Counted from the stretch's first letter, positions 1 through 13,807 are shown. The stretch is 64,000 bases of DNA from Octopus vulgaris (GCA_951406725.2 OX597835.1:9734001-9798000), one strand, 5' to 3'. Notes: generated by a model not told the origin, from the sequence alone. Numbers and translations are program-made.

Positions 1-86
1 ATTTTATACAAAAGTCGCGACTTTCAAATCATCAAGAATTACAGGCGATCATCGGTTCCATTTTTTTGCTTGAGATTGTCACTCAC

Positions 87-246
87 CGCTGACCCAGACG
101 AAGAAGCAACCATCATAAAATATCTTTAAACAAAAAATACGATTTCAAATAAATACTTAAAAGAAAACCATTTTTGTCTGCTCCGAGGTAAATGATGCAG
201 ACATCCAAAACATCCAATGTTAGCGGATTGTAAACAAAACCACTCT
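87..246 (-). other. Candidate host exon on the minus strand, possibly carrying a start codon (MMVASSSGSA|intron)
   Basis: Unique sequence bounded on the minus strand by an acceptor-like TGTGTCCAG| (AG at 248-247) and a donor-like GCG|GTGAGT (GT at 86-85); ATG at 116. Splice signals only, no homology evidence. Confidence 0.25.
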
Positions 247-397
247 CTGGACACACACACACGAACACACACAAACACACAAAAATACACATACATACAC
301 ACACACAAAGAGTTAATTTTACGCAATGAAACGTGGAAAATGCAAACAGTGTTGAGAGGCAAGTGAAGCACATCTGATGTCGGCAAAAGCAAATCAT

Positions 398-1080
<683 letters not shown>

Positions 1081-1251
1081 CGTTCTTGTTGCTTCGAAAG
1101 AATTATTACTTTTTAATACATAAAAAATTCATATCCTGGTTTATTAAGCTTCGGAACTGCGCATTCACGTCGTTTACTTCAGGCTAGAGTAAATAAATGA
1201 TTTATTTTATACATTTTCTGCGGTAAACTTTCATTTATTTCTATAAGCAAA

Positions 1252-1408
1252 GTCAAAATTCTGCCGAGGTCGACTTTGCCGTTCATCCCTTCGGGGTCGA
1301 TAAATTAAGTACCAGTTACGCACTGGGGTCGATGTAATCGACTTAAGCCGTTTGTCTGTCCTTGTTTGTCCCCTCTGTGTTTAGCCCCTTGTGGGTAGTA
1401 AAGAAATA
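1252..1408 (+). mobile_element. SINE family B (Meta/MESC-domain-like), 5'-truncated
   Basis: Contains GAGGTCGACTTTGCC.TTCATCC.TTCGGGGTCGATAAATTAAGTACCAG and the family tail ...CCCCTTGTGGGTAGTAAAGAAATA, seen in many copies in the window. Confidence 0.85.
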
Positions 1409-2059
1409 CATAAGCATTATGTGACCTCTACTTCCAGGGTAATAATACAAGGGGCGACTAACTACAAATCTTGTAGCAGTGTACACGCCCCAAGGGTGAA
1501 CATAGATGCAGATTTGTAAACAACATAAAGAGGTAAACAAAAATAATAAACACGGAATAATGAAAGACATCAAACATTTAGATTTTTCAGACACGAAATT
1601 TAAAAACAAAATTGCTTATTGTGCTAATAGCAATGACTGAAGTTTGGCCAGTGTCACTAGCCGAATTGATTCCGGTGATATGGAAAGATAGCCGGCGAAG
1701 AAAGGAAGATAGGAGGGATATGGTATACAGAACTATTCGATCTTGAATGCAATAAGGAATTTATAAGAATAATGACATTGATCTGTCTTAATATACCTGA
1801 ATGGAGGCTTCCACATGCTTTCAGTACAAGTGGCAGTGTGGCTGATAGATGGAACACTATCTGTTCCATCGATACTGGTACGCCCCACAGAATATGGCTT
1901 AATAATCGAAACTGAAAGCAGGCCGAGAAAGCTTCTAAAGAAGCAGCCCAGAGGCTGGTTCTACAATAGTTTGTGTGGTTTAATGCAACGTTTACACTTA
2001 AGAATCTTCGACAGCAAGTTTATTGTTTGCTTGTAATTACTTTTGTCGAAGGGTACAAA

Positions 2060-2200
2060 TAGGTGGTGAAGACTGAGGTAATCAGGGACACTAAGAAATC
2101 GATACCCTTAATGTATAGACACGTTTTAATGAGCTCGAAAGATCCCAGAGCCATTAGAGAAGTGTGCTTTGTTGTGGGAACCGAAAAAGCGTCATGTGAG
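2060..2200 (+). mobile_element. Possible heavily decayed 3' end of an R4/Dong-like (RLE) LINE
   Basis: Frameshifted reading VVKTEVI...LEKCALL/GTEKA resembles the terminal LQKAALLGT motif of this clade. Weak match. Confidence 0.3.
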
Positions 2201-2530
2201 TGGTAGTGGATGCAGAAAACCCCAGTTATTGAAAGTGTCACAGTCAGTCCCACTTCAGGGTTTTCTGTCCGGAGAAGGTAGTGATGGAAGACGAGTGCAG
2301 TGGAAACTACATCGTCGTCGTCGGCATCATCATCATCAACAGCAACAACAACAAGAACATGGTACAGATGTTATTGGTCTCAAAGCAACAATAGAGAACT
2401 TGCAACGGTGGTAAGATCACTTGGCTCCCAGCCTCTAAGAGCCGGAATGATAACGCCCGGAAAACTAACGGCACGTAAACCGAAGGCTGAGAAAAATGCA
2501 TTCGGCTACGTACGGAAAAGTAACAGCATA

Positions 2531-2584
<54 letters not shown>

Positions 2585-2711
2585 ATATATATATATATGT
2601 ATATATGTATATTTTTATATTGCTGTATTTGGGACTGGTCATCTTTTTGCCTGTTAAACACAACGCAAGCACTATACACATGGTTTTCACTTTATAGTAA
2701 TAATAATAATA

Positions 2712-2784
<73 letters not shown>

Positions 2785-3169
2785 CGATCAGAAGCCATGA
2801 GAACCACTGCCAGGTACCGCAATTATTATTATTATTATTTAGGTCTGGCTTAGCTTCGGTCCTATTCCTAGTAGGATTTACGTGGGCAGCGGATTACTGC
2901 CCCCTTAAAAGAAGAATGAAGCTGAAATGAAGAGCAAGTATACAGTGCGTGTGTTTAGCCGGCAAAAAATATGATCCTCCCCAAACATAACAATATTTGC
3001 TTCGATACTTGATTTTACATCAGGAACCTTGCAAAACAAATGCATAAACGTATGTGTGTGCGTGTGTGTGTGTGTGGGTGTGTGTATAACTATTCCATTA
3101 AGGTTAGGACGAAAAAAAAAACAACCCTCTATTCATTGAGAGATAAATATCACTTAATGTACACAGTAA

Positions 3170-3325
3170 TGTACATCCCCGTCACTTAGCGGTTCAGCAA
3201 AAGAGACCGATAGAATAAGTACTGGGCTTACAAAGAATAAGTCCCGGGGTCGATTTGCTCGACTAAAGGCGGTGCTCCAGCATGGCTGCAGTCAAGTGAC
3301 TGAAACAAGTAAAAGAGTAAAGAGT
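3170..3325 (+). mobile_element. SINE family A, 3' part
   Basis: Matches the 3' half of the full-length copy at 25023-25422 and ends in GTAAAAGA repeats. Confidence 0.9.
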
Positions 3326-3600
3326 ATGCTCTTTTGAATTCTGAAGTATAAAGGCACGATTGCTTGGGGACACGGGGTGTCTTATAAAGTTTAGATAGAA
3401 CGAAGGATGTATACACAGGCATTCACATATGACGCAAAAAAAAGGGCCAACAGGGGTTAAACAATCTTTGATCTAATTAGAAGCAGGGGCTGTCAAGTAA
3501 TTTAATGCAGTCCCTTCAGCCGTGAATGTTTTCGATAATGCTTTGTTCACAATGATTAACCAAAAGAAGTAATTAAAATTTAAATTTAGCCGGTCTATCT

Positions 3601-3815
3601 CTTTCTCTCTTTTACTTGTTTCAGTCATTTGACTGCGGCCATGCTGGAGCACCGCCTTTAGTCGAGCAAATCGACCCCGGGACTTATTCTTTGTAAGCCC
3701 AGTACTTATTCTATCGGTCTCTTTTGCCGAACCGCTAAGTAACGGGGACGTAAACACACCAGCATCGGTTGTCAAGCAATGCTAGGGGGACAAACACAGA
3801 CACACAAACGCACAG

Positions 3816-3866
<51 letters not shown>

Positions 3867-4031
3867 TACGACAGGCTTCTTTCAGTTTCCGTCTACCAAA
3901 TCCACTCACAAGGCATTGGTCGGCCCGGGGCTATAGCAGAAGACACTTGCCCAAGATGCCACGCAGTGGGACTGAACCCGGAACCATGTGGTTGGTTAGC
4001 AAGCTACTTACCACACAGCCACTCCTGCGCC
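3601..4031 (-). mobile_element. SINE family A, full length (tRNA-derived head, internal TA/CA microsatellite)
   Basis: Minus strand begins GGCGCAGGAGTGGCTGTGTGG (A-box-like), then GGTTCAGTCCC (B-box-like), a CORE-like CTTGGGCAAGTG and an AAAAGAG tail. Confidence 0.92.
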
Positions 4032-5038
4032 TATATCTAACTTTCGTAATAAAATATTTGTCTATTTGTAGGTCAGAGAAATTAATCACAGAAGTGTAAT
4101 AGATCTGGGTTTCTTCAGAAACGAAACAGGAATAAAACAAAAAGAAAAAAAAAATCAAAGAAAATGAAAGCGAAAATCTAAAATTAAAAGTTTCTGATTA
4201 GAACATTGACGACACCTGAATAATTTCTGTTTCTTTTCGTCCCGACATCACCCTACAGAAAAACAAAACTTACAAACTACATCATCGTAGAAAGATAAAT
4301 CTTAGATTAGGATTGTCACATTTGCATTGAGGTTGTGAGCTAAATAAATTAACGAGTTGACTTCAGCCAAGTCAAACATGATTAATTAAGCCTCATTAAG
4401 GAAATAAAGTACATTTCTGTCGAAATGTTAGACTGCCAGATCGTAACGCGCTTTTCTAAATTTGATAAATGGAGAATTATCCATCAACTGAACAACGAAT
4501 ATATTGTACAACATATTATGATTACTGGTGATTATATTTATTAGGAAAGATGAGAAAAGGGCGAAATAAAGTCACATAAATAAAGAAAAATACGAGATTA
4601 GACGATTATGAGATATTTCCATTGACAAACCAACCGAAGGAAATACATTTAGCATTTGGACGAAAGCCAAGTAATCTTGGCGGCACTATTTAAAACTGTG
4701 ACATCTACGCTCTGACGCAGACGCTCGGAGGACTGCGAAAATATCAATATCTGAAAAGTGGGGCAGAAAAACGATTTCGATAAAAGAACATTAGAAGAAA
4801 TGGAGCAGCAGCAAGTAGGAATACTCATGAAGTAAGCAAGGAATGTACCATGTGAAATTTGAAGTCGATATCTGTAAAGAATGAAGGAAACCATTTGAAA
4901 TGTTCAGCGGATAAATTGAGATCATATAGTAATAAATCAAATGTATTGTCGTAAATGTGGCTTATTTCGAGTAATTAATGCCGATCGTATTTCAAGGACC
5001 TGGAAAGCTTCATACTCATGCATACACAAAGTGACACA

Positions 5039-5119
<81 letters not shown>

Positions 5120-5133
5120 GTATGTATGTATAT

Positions 5134-5444
5134 GTGGAGGCGCAATGGCCCGGTGGTCAGGTCAGCGGACTCGCGGTCGTAGGATTGCGGTTTCGATTCC
5201 CAGACCGGGCGTTGTGAGTGTTTATTGAGTGAAAATACCTAAAGCTCCACGAGGCTCCGGCAGGGGGTGGTGGCGGTCCCTGCTGTACTCTTTCGCTACA
5301 ACTTTCTCTCACTCTTTCTTCTGTTGGCCTGCTCGCTTAGCCAGTGGGGTGGCGTCATTCGAAGGCTAAAAAAAAAAAAACAATGCGAACGCATTGTGAC
5401 CAGCGATGTGTAACAACAACTGATGGTCTGTTCGGTCACGTGAT

Positions 5445-5451
<7 letters not shown>
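5134..5451 (+). mobile_element. SINE family C (tRNA-like head), tail type 2 ending in (TCACGTGA)2
   Basis: Head GGAGGCGCAATGGCCC.GTGGT...GGTTTCGATTCCC is shared with 8314 and 47169; the tail is shared with 55929 and 59741; flanked by TA-rich microsatellite. Confidence 0.9.
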
Positions 5452-5481
<30 letters not shown>

Positions 5482-5721
5482 TGTTTGTGTGTATGCGCGT
5501 GTATAATTGTGTATGTATGGTATATTTATGCATGTATGCATGTGTGTGTGTGTGTGTACATGTATGTCTGCACATTCTTATATGTGTGCTTGTGCATCTG
5601 TCTGTATGTTTAGACGCACCAAACAAGTTGAAACGCGTACAAATCCACCATAACCACACGTATGTTGTTCAAGCGGGGAGACGCATAAGCACAAACACAA
5701 ACACACATACACACACACACA

Positions 5722-5766
<45 letters not shown>

Positions 5767-6044
5767 ACATGTGGTCATTAAGTGTCGAAAATAGTGTACT
5801 AATATACGTGGGCTCATCAATAAATATCTGGATTGTTGCCATAGTAAATATCCGGATTGTTGCCATAGTAACAAAATTAAATCCTGCCACAGATTAACCT
5901 TGAACTCTGTTGTGCATGCGCACTAAGCTTTAAAGGTCTAGCTTACTTTGACTGTTTACAGCAGTGCATGGAAGGAACGTGTGTAGGGTGCGATAAAATT
6001 TGAATATGGCTAAAAGGATACAATTTTCAAATAAATACACATTT

Positions 6045-6440
6045 TACAAAAAAGATAAAATGCTTCTACAAGTGGCTGGAATGAGGTTTCCTCCGAAGTA
6101 TCTCTGGAGAAACATTACCAGACAGGGGTCGTTAGTAGGGGATCAGTCAGTCTCTCCAGATCGACCAGCTGCTTTTCAGAACTGAGAAGTCACAGCTCCG
6201 GTATTACGAACATATGGTTGAAATGGCGTAGGAAAGAACCACAATACGGATTCTTGAAGCCAAGTTAACCGGTAGGAGACCTAGGGGTAGACCAGAAACG
6301 AAATGGTTGGATAATCTCCATAGACTCAGATAGTCACCCTTAGGGATCCAACCGGAAAGTGCCTTTGAATGCACCTTACGGAGGAGGTGCCCGAGACCTT
6401 CTACCCCCTAAGGAATAGAAGGCTGAGAAGAGTAATGGAC
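6045..6440 (+). mobile_element. Decayed RTE-clade LINE, ORF C-terminal fragment
   Basis: Reads LQVAGMRF/LRSISG ... QLRYYEHMVEMA*ERTTIRILEAKLTGRRPRGRPETKWLDNL, the typical RTE post-RT motif, with a stop and a frameshift. Confidence 0.75.
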
Positions 6441-6557
6441 ACATAAATATATGTAATATGTATGTGTATGTATAGGTATATATATGCATATATGTATATA
6501 TGTATATAAGTAAATGAAAGAATGGAGTCGAACGACGATTTTAACAAAATTCCTTTA

Positions 6558-6640
6558 CTCTTGACATATGTTTCGAAGACTGTATATTCTTAATTCCGAA
6601 GGAATAAAGGGTGCACTATGCCGCCTTCTCATCAGGAAAG
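6558..6640 (-). ncRNA. Type I hammerhead ribozyme motif with long stem II, in a Penelope-like segment (~6505-6730)
   Basis: Minus strand: CTTTC-CTGATGA-GAAGGC...GTCTTC-GAAAC-ATAT-GTC-AAGAG. Stem III is palindromic (ACATATGT), the triplet is GUC, and stem I has a mismatch next to the core. Confidence 0.7.
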
Positions 6641-8313
6641 ACAAGGAACCTATGTCAGCATCATGACGAACGGGGTACCCGGGTATCGGTTAACCGAATT
6701 ATCCATACTAGGATAATTCATTCACCTACTTATATATGTATATATACATATATATACATGCATACACACATACATACACACTCACACACACACACACCAC
6801 GTTGTTAGTTTTGCAATGTCGAAGCGAAATATATATGTGTGGGAGGTGTACATATACTTATATAACTTATATAACTTATCTCGCTCTCATTCTCATTTTC
6901 GCATGATAAAACGTTGTCTCAGTAAAACCCAAAAGGGTTTTCAGGGTTTTTTGAGAAATGATCTTGTGACTTGTTAATTAATTCGAAAGAAAAATTTTCC
7001 AAACTGCTAATTCATCACATCAATACGAAATCCTTAAATGACAAAAAAGAATATCAAATATAACACGACTAAAGATAGAAAAAGAAATAGATAAATAAAT
7101 ATATAAAGCAAAGAGCAAATACGATCAGAAAATGAAGAAGTCTACGACAGTAGTTCGTGACTGACATCAATTTTTCATAAAAGAAAAGAAAAAATCGAAT
7201 CAGAAAAAACTACAACAGAACAAAAATTTACAAGCAAAAATGAAATAGAAAACAAAGTCGAAGTTTCGAGATTTTAATATTTTTTAGTTATTATTTGAAG
7301 GTGTGTGAATGTAAAAGTGTGTGTATGTGTATATGTAAATGTGTGTCTGTGTAAACTGACCTTTAATCAATTGCATGTGTGTGTGTGTATGCATATGTAT
7401 GTATGTATGTATTGTAAGTGCGTACGTACGTATGTATGTATGTATGACTGTATGTACACGACTGAGAAATTGAACAGAGATGTGCAAAAACATATACAGC
7501 GAAATAGATCGATAGATGGATAGATGGATGGATGGATGGATGGATGGATGGATGGATGAACGGATGCATTGAAATAACGAGGAGTGAATGAATAAATGAA
7601 CGAACGAATGAGAGCAGACGATAAAAAGCTATCTTATTTCTCCATCTGGTAATCTAGTAGTCCTTGTTACAAATCGCCCCATATTTGACGGCAGAAATTT
7701 CTCGACGATTCTGGAGATATTAAAACCGGTAAATGATATTAGTTTGTCCAGATCCTCTCACACATCACTGACCATGTTTTCTCCTTCTCACCGCATAATG
7801 GATGTTTTTTTTTTTTTTTTTTTTTCGGTTTTCTTAATTTTCAACCTTTGGTTGGACTTTATTACGCTAATACTACATAGCTTTAGTCCTCTCTAAATCC
7901 TATATGATTATGTGGCTTTCATCTTTTATCTGTCAACGCTTCAAGTCACTCTCTCAATGAAAGAATACTTTTTTACCGTTTAATCAAAGGGGCGAAGGTA
8001 GTTCAGTGACCCCTAATTTTTAAGGTTCTCTGGATCTGTGAGAGGAAAGGGAAAAGCTCGTCTTTAGCTGCAGACCTGGACCGAATGCATATAACAGAAA
8101 GGTCTCTGCATAAAGACACCCAAGAACCTGGTGAAGTTGTTAAAAAGAGTGGAGCATTCAGTCTAACGTAACACAACAAAAAGAACCGTAACAGCCGCTC
8201 CCAGACTGACGTTATCTGGATTGGTGCTTTATTTTATTGATCTTTAAAGAAGAAAAGGCAAAGTTGACCTCCATGAATTTGAACCAATTCAGCAAACAGC
8301 TGCTACGAGCATC

Positions 8314-8701
8314 GTGGAGGCGCAATGGCCCAGTGGTTAGGGCAGCGGACTCGCAGTCATAGGATCGCGGTTTCGATTCCCAGACCGGGCGTTGTGAGTG
8401 TTTATTGAGCGAAAACACCTAAAAGCTCCACGAGCTCCGGCAGGGGATGGTGGTGATCCCTGCTGTACTCTTTCACCACAACTTTCTCTCATTCTTACTT
8501 CCTGTTTCTGTTGTACCTGTATTTCAAAGGGCCGGCCTTGTTCACTCTCTGTGCCACGCTGAATATCCCCGAGAACTACGTTAAGTGTACACGTGTCTGT
8601 GGAGCGCTCAGCCACTTACACGTTAATTTCACGAGCAGGCTGTTCCGTTGATTCGGATCAACAGGAACCCTCATCGTCGTAACCGACGGAGTGCTTCCTT
8701 C
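8314..8701 (+). mobile_element. SINE family C, tail type 1, full length
   Basis: tRNA-like head; 11-bp TSD CTACGAGCATC (8303-8313 / 8702-8712); inserted into an older family-B remnant. Confidence 0.93.
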
Positions 8702-9415
8702 CTACGAGCATCACTATGTATTTTTGTCCCACATAATAACGACGCTACCAGCTCGCTTCTTCAAATGACGTCTACGAGGCCATCTTTATCATTGGCCTCC
8801 CGATTTTGTAAAATAGGACATCTTAACTGAAGAATATTCTCAATTATAGAGAATTTTTAGTAACATTGTTATTAATGTTAGTAGCGCATACCCTAACAGC
8901 TGGGACGTTCAGTTTACTATCATAAGTTTGTGGGTTCGATTCCTGGGTGGAGTGACGTTTGGCGTTCTTGAGCGAGATATTTCATGATACATAGTTCCAG
9001 CTTACTCGGCTGAGTGTCACTTGTCTGTCCTCTCTCCCTCCAGTTGTAACAATATGGATGATGCTACACTCAATCAAAGAGTAGAATAGATAAAAGAGTG
9101 TGTCGTGTCTTCGCGAGACTACATAGGCATCTAAAACAATTAACGAAAGCATGTTGCACGGTATTAAGTCTTACTCGATGGCGAGAAACGATTATGGGGG
9201 TTTCGAAGTTGATACAAATAATTTCACATTAGCTGTGGTCAAACGTGTTTTAGTGAGTCGAGATCAGAACTATCATATCGTATTTTAAATTATTCTGTAT
9301 TCATTTAAAAGTGATTAAGAACGTTTTCAGAAGAAAGTTTAGATGTTATAACAAATGACTGTTAGAAGCATTACATACAAATGCGAGGGATTGTTTCTCG
9401 GTGTTTATATATCTA

Positions 9416-9545
9416 CAGGGTGTCCCAAAAAAATGTATACACATAGTGATTCGGCAAAAGACAACGATAGAATAAGTACTAGGCTTACAAAGAATAACAA
9501 ATTTACAATTATTTTAGGTGTGTATACAGTTTTTGGGACACCCTG
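9416..9545. mobile_element. Tc1/mariner-type MITE (130 bp)
   Basis: TIRs of 27-28 bp starting CAGGGTGTCCCAAAAA and ending TGTATACACA, with TA on both sides (9414-9415, 9546-9547). Confidence 0.88.
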
Positions 9546-10114
9546 TATTTATTTGTCTATAACACAGCTACAAGAAGTTTCAACAGTAAGGGTGACGTCT
9601 GAAAGAAAATATGCGGTGCGGATTCGGCATACGAAAGTGTAAATGATTCTAAGCCATTTGTCATAGCATTTGATAGTTATTGATTACTAAAAGAACCTCG
9701 GAGCGTGATAAATCTATACCATATCCGGAATATGATTCCAGGTTTTATGACTAATTCACATGACTAGAATAATGTCTGGAACAGACGATCTAAAAGCGTT
9801 CGCTATTCTAAAAACAATTTTGTGTTCCTTTCATACATGTTTGATAGCCATGATGGCTACCAACTGCATGGTTATTGCGCTGTTGGAATGGTGGAGATGA
9901 GCTCTTCGAATTACTGTGGACAAACTACATGATTTACAGCCGTGTTTAGTTACATAACATTGCGTTTAAAATCTAACTGCAGCATTGCGTACAAGTGGGA
10001 TTATGTATAAACACAAACATACATACATACATACACAAATTCGTATACACAAACATGTGCACGCATATATACACATGCGTTGCATTCAGATGTATATATA
10101 TACTTTATCAAGCT

Positions 10115-10214
<100 letters not shown>

Positions 10215-10919
10215 GTTAAATTAAGTACTTCAGTTGAAGCACCAAGTCAGTCCGGTATTATCTGCACAGCTCGAAGTAAGTTGGATAAAATCAAAATAAT
10301 TAACAGGATATCAAATAGTAATGCAGTACGACCGTTTCAAGCAGCTCCATTTATTTGAACAATGTAATCATTACATCAATTTAAAAACAGCGCTATCTTC
10401 AGCTGCGCAAATATGGATTTTCAACAGAAGATGTATTAATATAATTTTTCTTAAAAATTATAAGAGAGCAAGAGGGTGGAAGAATTTCATGTTGTCACCA
10501 TTGTAGCAAGAATAGCTAAGAGAAGAACAAAAACTACAATTTTTATAGAGTGGTATGGAACACAGTGGGGGTCATAGGTTTGTAATTCATTTCCAATTTA
10601 TCGATATCCTTATCATCAACAAAAATCTCAGACTCGACGACTGCGTATATTTAGAATAAAGAGCGAAGTGAGTTGACAGCTCATAGCTGCCTGTTGGTCA
10701 TAAATTTCATACTATTACAGGTACCCGCCAGCCCACAAAAAGAACTTTAATTTAGTCTCAGTTAGATACTAGTAAATGTCTATAAAAGAGGTGGGGTAGG
10801 GGTGACACTAGTTCATGATGTTGTTACCAGTTAAAGGGGAAAACACCATGAAAACTTAGGGTGCTACAATGAGATCCAGGAGAACATTAGGGGCTCAGTG
10901 GGAGACCGTTTATAAACAA

Positions 10920-11318
10920 CTAGCAGTATCGGCCGGCGTTGCTCGGGTTTGTAAGGGAAATAACTATATAAGCATTTTTAGAGATGTAAAGTATAATAGC
11001 CATCTCAATATGGCTAACCACAAAGGGGGGTGTTACTGTAGCTTTTTACGTTCTGAGATTTAATAATAAATTTTTAGAGAGTTACTTCCCTTATATATGC
11101 CAAAAATGCATTAAAAATGGGGAAAATTGATGGTTAAATTATTTTTAAAATCGTAGACTCATCGTAGACGCGCGCTAATACACAGAAGAGCTCGATATGA
11201 ATCACGACTATAAGATACCCGGTTTTGGTTAAACTGCACCGCAAAATGTGGGAGTAGTTAGGAATCTAAATCGTAGGAGACAGACAGCACACAACCTCTC
11301 TTTTATATATAAAGAAGA
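10920..11318 (-). mobile_element. Non-autonomous Helitron, copy 1
   Basis: Minus strand: A|TC...TTTATATATAAAA 5' end, GC-rich subterminal hairpin CCCGAGCAACGCCGG, CTAG|T 3' end; homologous to 12247-12646. Confidence 0.85.
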
Positions 11319-11895
11319 TATTATGCTGTATAAAAATAAAATAAAAATTTTAGAAAAATATTTTAGAAAGGGATATCATAACCAAGTTAGCAAAAAAGGG
11401 ATTTACAGATCAATTAAAACATTAAAAATATTACTATTATGTAAAATCACCGTAATACTTCATCTTTACCTAACTAATTATTAGGCGGTCACTATAAAAA
11501 CCACTAAAACCACTTACATATGGAATTTATCGGGAAAGATATACATACTATTTATTGATTGATTGAAAGTAAGGAATCAGAAGCAGGATAATAATGTTTA
11601 TCCAACATATACAATTTTATAATTCCTATTAGCAAATGAAACACGTGTAATGGTGAATAGATGATACAAAAACAATTTTCCAATTTACTACCCGAGCGCG
11701 CGTGTGTGTTATGTGTCGATGTTTCAGAATTGGTGTTATTTTTGTTTGTGTCCCATTCGCCTAGCGTTTCGACAAATATTATTCTATAAACTAGAGGACA
11801 TTAAAATATATACTGGAGTGTTTATTATCGACGTATTCCTTGAATGCGGATCCCCAGTTTTTCCCCCCAACCCAAAGTGCTGCCGTTACAATATT

Positions 11896-12123
11896 TACTT
11901 CTTTATTACCCACAAGGGGCTAAACATAGAGGGGACAAACAAGGACAGACATAGGTATTAAGTCGATTACATCGACCCAGTGCGTCACTGGTACTTTATT
12001 TATCGACCCCGAAAGGATGAAAGGCACAGTCGACCTCGGCGGAATTTGAACTCAGAACGTAACGACAGACGAAATACGGCTTCGCATTTCGCCCGGCGTG
12101 CTAACATTTCTGCCAGCTCGCCG
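11896..12123 (-). mobile_element. SINE family B, near full length
   Basis: Head GGCGAGCTGGCAGAA, B-box-like GAGTTCAAATTCC, Meta-like core; TSD GCCGTTACAATATT (11882-11895 / 12120-12133). Confidence 0.92.
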
Positions 12124-12246
12124 TTACAATATTGCCTCAGCCTAACGTGGTCTCGCTACAACGACGGTTGAATCCAATATGCTGCTCCAGCGGTGATATA
12201 ACGCAGTCACTGAAACCAGTGCAAGACTATAACATTTATATCCATA

Positions 12247-12646
12247 CTAGCGGTATCGCCCGGCGTTGCTCGGGTTTGTAAGGGAAATAACTATTTAAGC
12301 ATTTTTAGAGAGTTATAGCCAAAAAATAGCAAAAATATGCATTAAAAATGGAAAAAAGAATATGGTAAATTTTTTTAAATCGTTGACTCATCGTAAACAT
12401 TTTTAGAGAGTTACTTCCTTTATATAATAGCGAAAAAAATGCATTAAAATGGAAAACAATGATGGTAAATTATTTTAAAAATCGTAGACACATCGTAGAC
12501 GCGCGCTAATACCCAGAAGGGCTCGATATGAATCACGACTATAAGATACCCGGTTTTGGTCAAACTGCACCGCAAAATGTGGGAGTAGTTAGGAATCTAA
12601 ATCGTAGGAGATAGACAGCACTCAACTTCTCTTTTATATATAAAGA
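12247..12646 (-). mobile_element. Non-autonomous Helitron, copy 2
   Basis: A|TCTTTATATATAAAAG 5' end, hairpin CCCGAGCAACGCCGGG 8 nt before CTAG|T, no TSD. Confidence 0.88.
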
Positions 12647-13749
12647 TTTATCAAAATGAGTTCGAAAGACTGAGAGCAATCTCGATCCCTGAGGAATTTA
12701 TTGAGAAGTGAGAGAGAGAGAGAAGGAGAACAAGCAATTGTTATTAAATACAAATGCAGTGTAAAGGGGGAGCAGAACCGACATGGGAAGCAGGGGCCAG
12801 AATAAAGCATTTGCTTGAAAATAATCGCTGCATACGCAGAGAGGGGGAGAAACACTAACGAAGCGAATAAATTAGATTTAATATGCAGGAAAGGAAGGAT
12901 TTAGAAAGCTCGTTTGTGGTGATTGGTTTATAAAGCAAAAATCTGATCGATTACATTCAATTAAGACAATCAAGGGCCAAACGAATGTTCTTAGTTAAGG
13001 GCAGTGGGGGTCATTATGATAAGAGAACTGATGACAGTTATATGTTAATGGAAAGATGTTTAAATCTTCGTTAGGTTTTGTTGAAAACTTTAGGCTGTGT
13101 TTAAATGTATGAGAAAGGTATTGCAGAAAATAAAGTAGATAAAAAAAAAAAGACATATTCAATAGTGAATAGATTAAAGAATTGCTAATACAAAAGACAA
13201 ATATACAAAAGCAAACATATAAGTAACTGAAGACTGGAAATGAGAATTGAACGTGTTCCCGAATCAATTATAAATGCGTTGGGTGTAGACAGCTATTTTA
13301 TCTTCAGAGAAATTAGTAAATCAGTTCTTTACTTCGTTTTTGCACGGCATCCTATACTGGCAGTTTTGTTTCTAAATCCTTCCTTTTCTACTTATTAAAT
13401 ATAATTCAATCTGCTATTCTCCATATATGGTAATAATTTTCTTCCGTTAATAATATCTTACTGCCACCTCTTCCGTATAAACTCCACTCTCCCCGCCACT
13501 CACACTACTATCTAATTTCCATTTATATTCATTCGCAGACGCTCGCCTTTATCTCGACGTTCAGCGTTATTCTGCTTGGAACGAAACGGGAAACTCAAAG
13601 TATTGGGCTTGACAAATGTTTTCTTTCAACCCCACCAAAACAGGAAAGTGAGTGCTTGCTTATGAAGGTAGATTACTTCTTTCAACTTACAGTTTCATTT
13701 TACATGTATGTGTGTGTCCGTTCGCGCGTGCGCGTGTGTGCGTGTGTGT

Positions 13750-13807
13750 GTATATATATATATATATGTAACATTAATTACGATTTTACACATGCAAACT
13801 CACTCAA

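Noticed and set aside
4640-4900. Possible APE endonuclease remnant (CDIYALTQT...VGILM)
   Set aside because: The resemblance is too weak to call without a profile search.
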